A stretch of 36,709 nt of DNA from Octopus sinensis. Lineage: Eukaryota. How positions within the stretch are numbered: the stretch's first letter is position 1; every line of letters starts with the position of its first letter. The stretch covers positions 1-36,709 of the forward strand of contig NW_021824660.1 in NCBI RefSeq assembly GCF_006345805.1. The letters run 5' to 3'. Below the pieces are notes generated by a model. That model worked only from the letters and a program-made list of their open reading frames with translations, searched no databases and was not told the origin of the DNA. Below are positions 36,180-36,709 of this stretch, in pieces. The position numbers and the translations under genes are program-made.

Positions 36180-36709
36180 TTACGTTGATGTCTGGTGTGT
36201 AGTTCTGCAAATTATATTTGTATGGACGAGCACACTGAAGATGAACAGTTAAATTATGTAAGTAAACCTATGTAATTTGTTGATAGTGAAACATTGTTAT
36301 GATTAATCTATATGTTTGTTACTTTTCATTTATCTCGCTCGCTTCCGTTTCTGGTGTTTGCTAAATTTTCTAGAGAACAATTCGTAGTGGTAAGACAGTA
36401 GCGGATCTCCTTCTAGCATAAGGGTTTCCACATAGTGGTAATTGCCTCTTATATGCATGTAATACTATTTACTGAACCTCAGTTTTTAATATGCTAGACC
36501 ACTGGTGTTAAATTGATGTTATCAAATTAATATCCAATTTTTCTCCCTCATTTTAATTTTATATATATATATATATCAAATAAGTAGGCGGTAATATCCT
36601 TGGGATTTTTGAGAATTTTTACTACCCTGGTAACTATTTTATATATATATATATATATATTTAGCATGTGACCTCGTCTGTATCACTAGCGATTTTTTCC
36701 CCTGTCGTC

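Noticed and set aside
1-36709. Conserved bilaterian miRNAs, Hox/homeobox exons, rRNA, CRISPR arrays
   Set aside because: Scanning by eye found no mature miRNA sequence I recognise, no homeodomain or other conserved coding exon and no rRNA. The repeats lack unique spacers, and the DNA is eukaryotic.

Overview
Eukaryotic, very AT-rich, non-coding DNA saturated with microsatellites: (TA)n, (CA)n, (ATCT)n, (CAT)n, (TAA)n and (CTA)n. No host protein-coding gene can be supported, and almost all ORFs in the track are translations of simple repeats. The repeat landscape (several tRNA-derived SINE families, very high microsatellite density) suggests an octopus or other coleoid cephalopod intergenic or long-intron region; this is an inference from remembered repeat families, not a database hit. 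Supported content: about 7 copies of a SINE with an internal microsatellite (family A), 2 SINEs with a shared tRNA head and different tails (family B), about 5 copies of a third SINE (family C), one further SINE, two decayed mariner remnants and several decayed non-LTR RT remnants. The most interesting items are (1) a tRNA-headed element whose tail carries a Penelope-type minimal hammerhead ribozyme motif, preceded by an inverted copy of that tail (3862-4224), (2) a perfect 45-bp-arm hairpin (11333-11435) and (3) a near-identical 3 x 325-bp tandem array with a consensus splice donor in each unit (32757-33724). Repeat boundaries were read by eye and are approximate.
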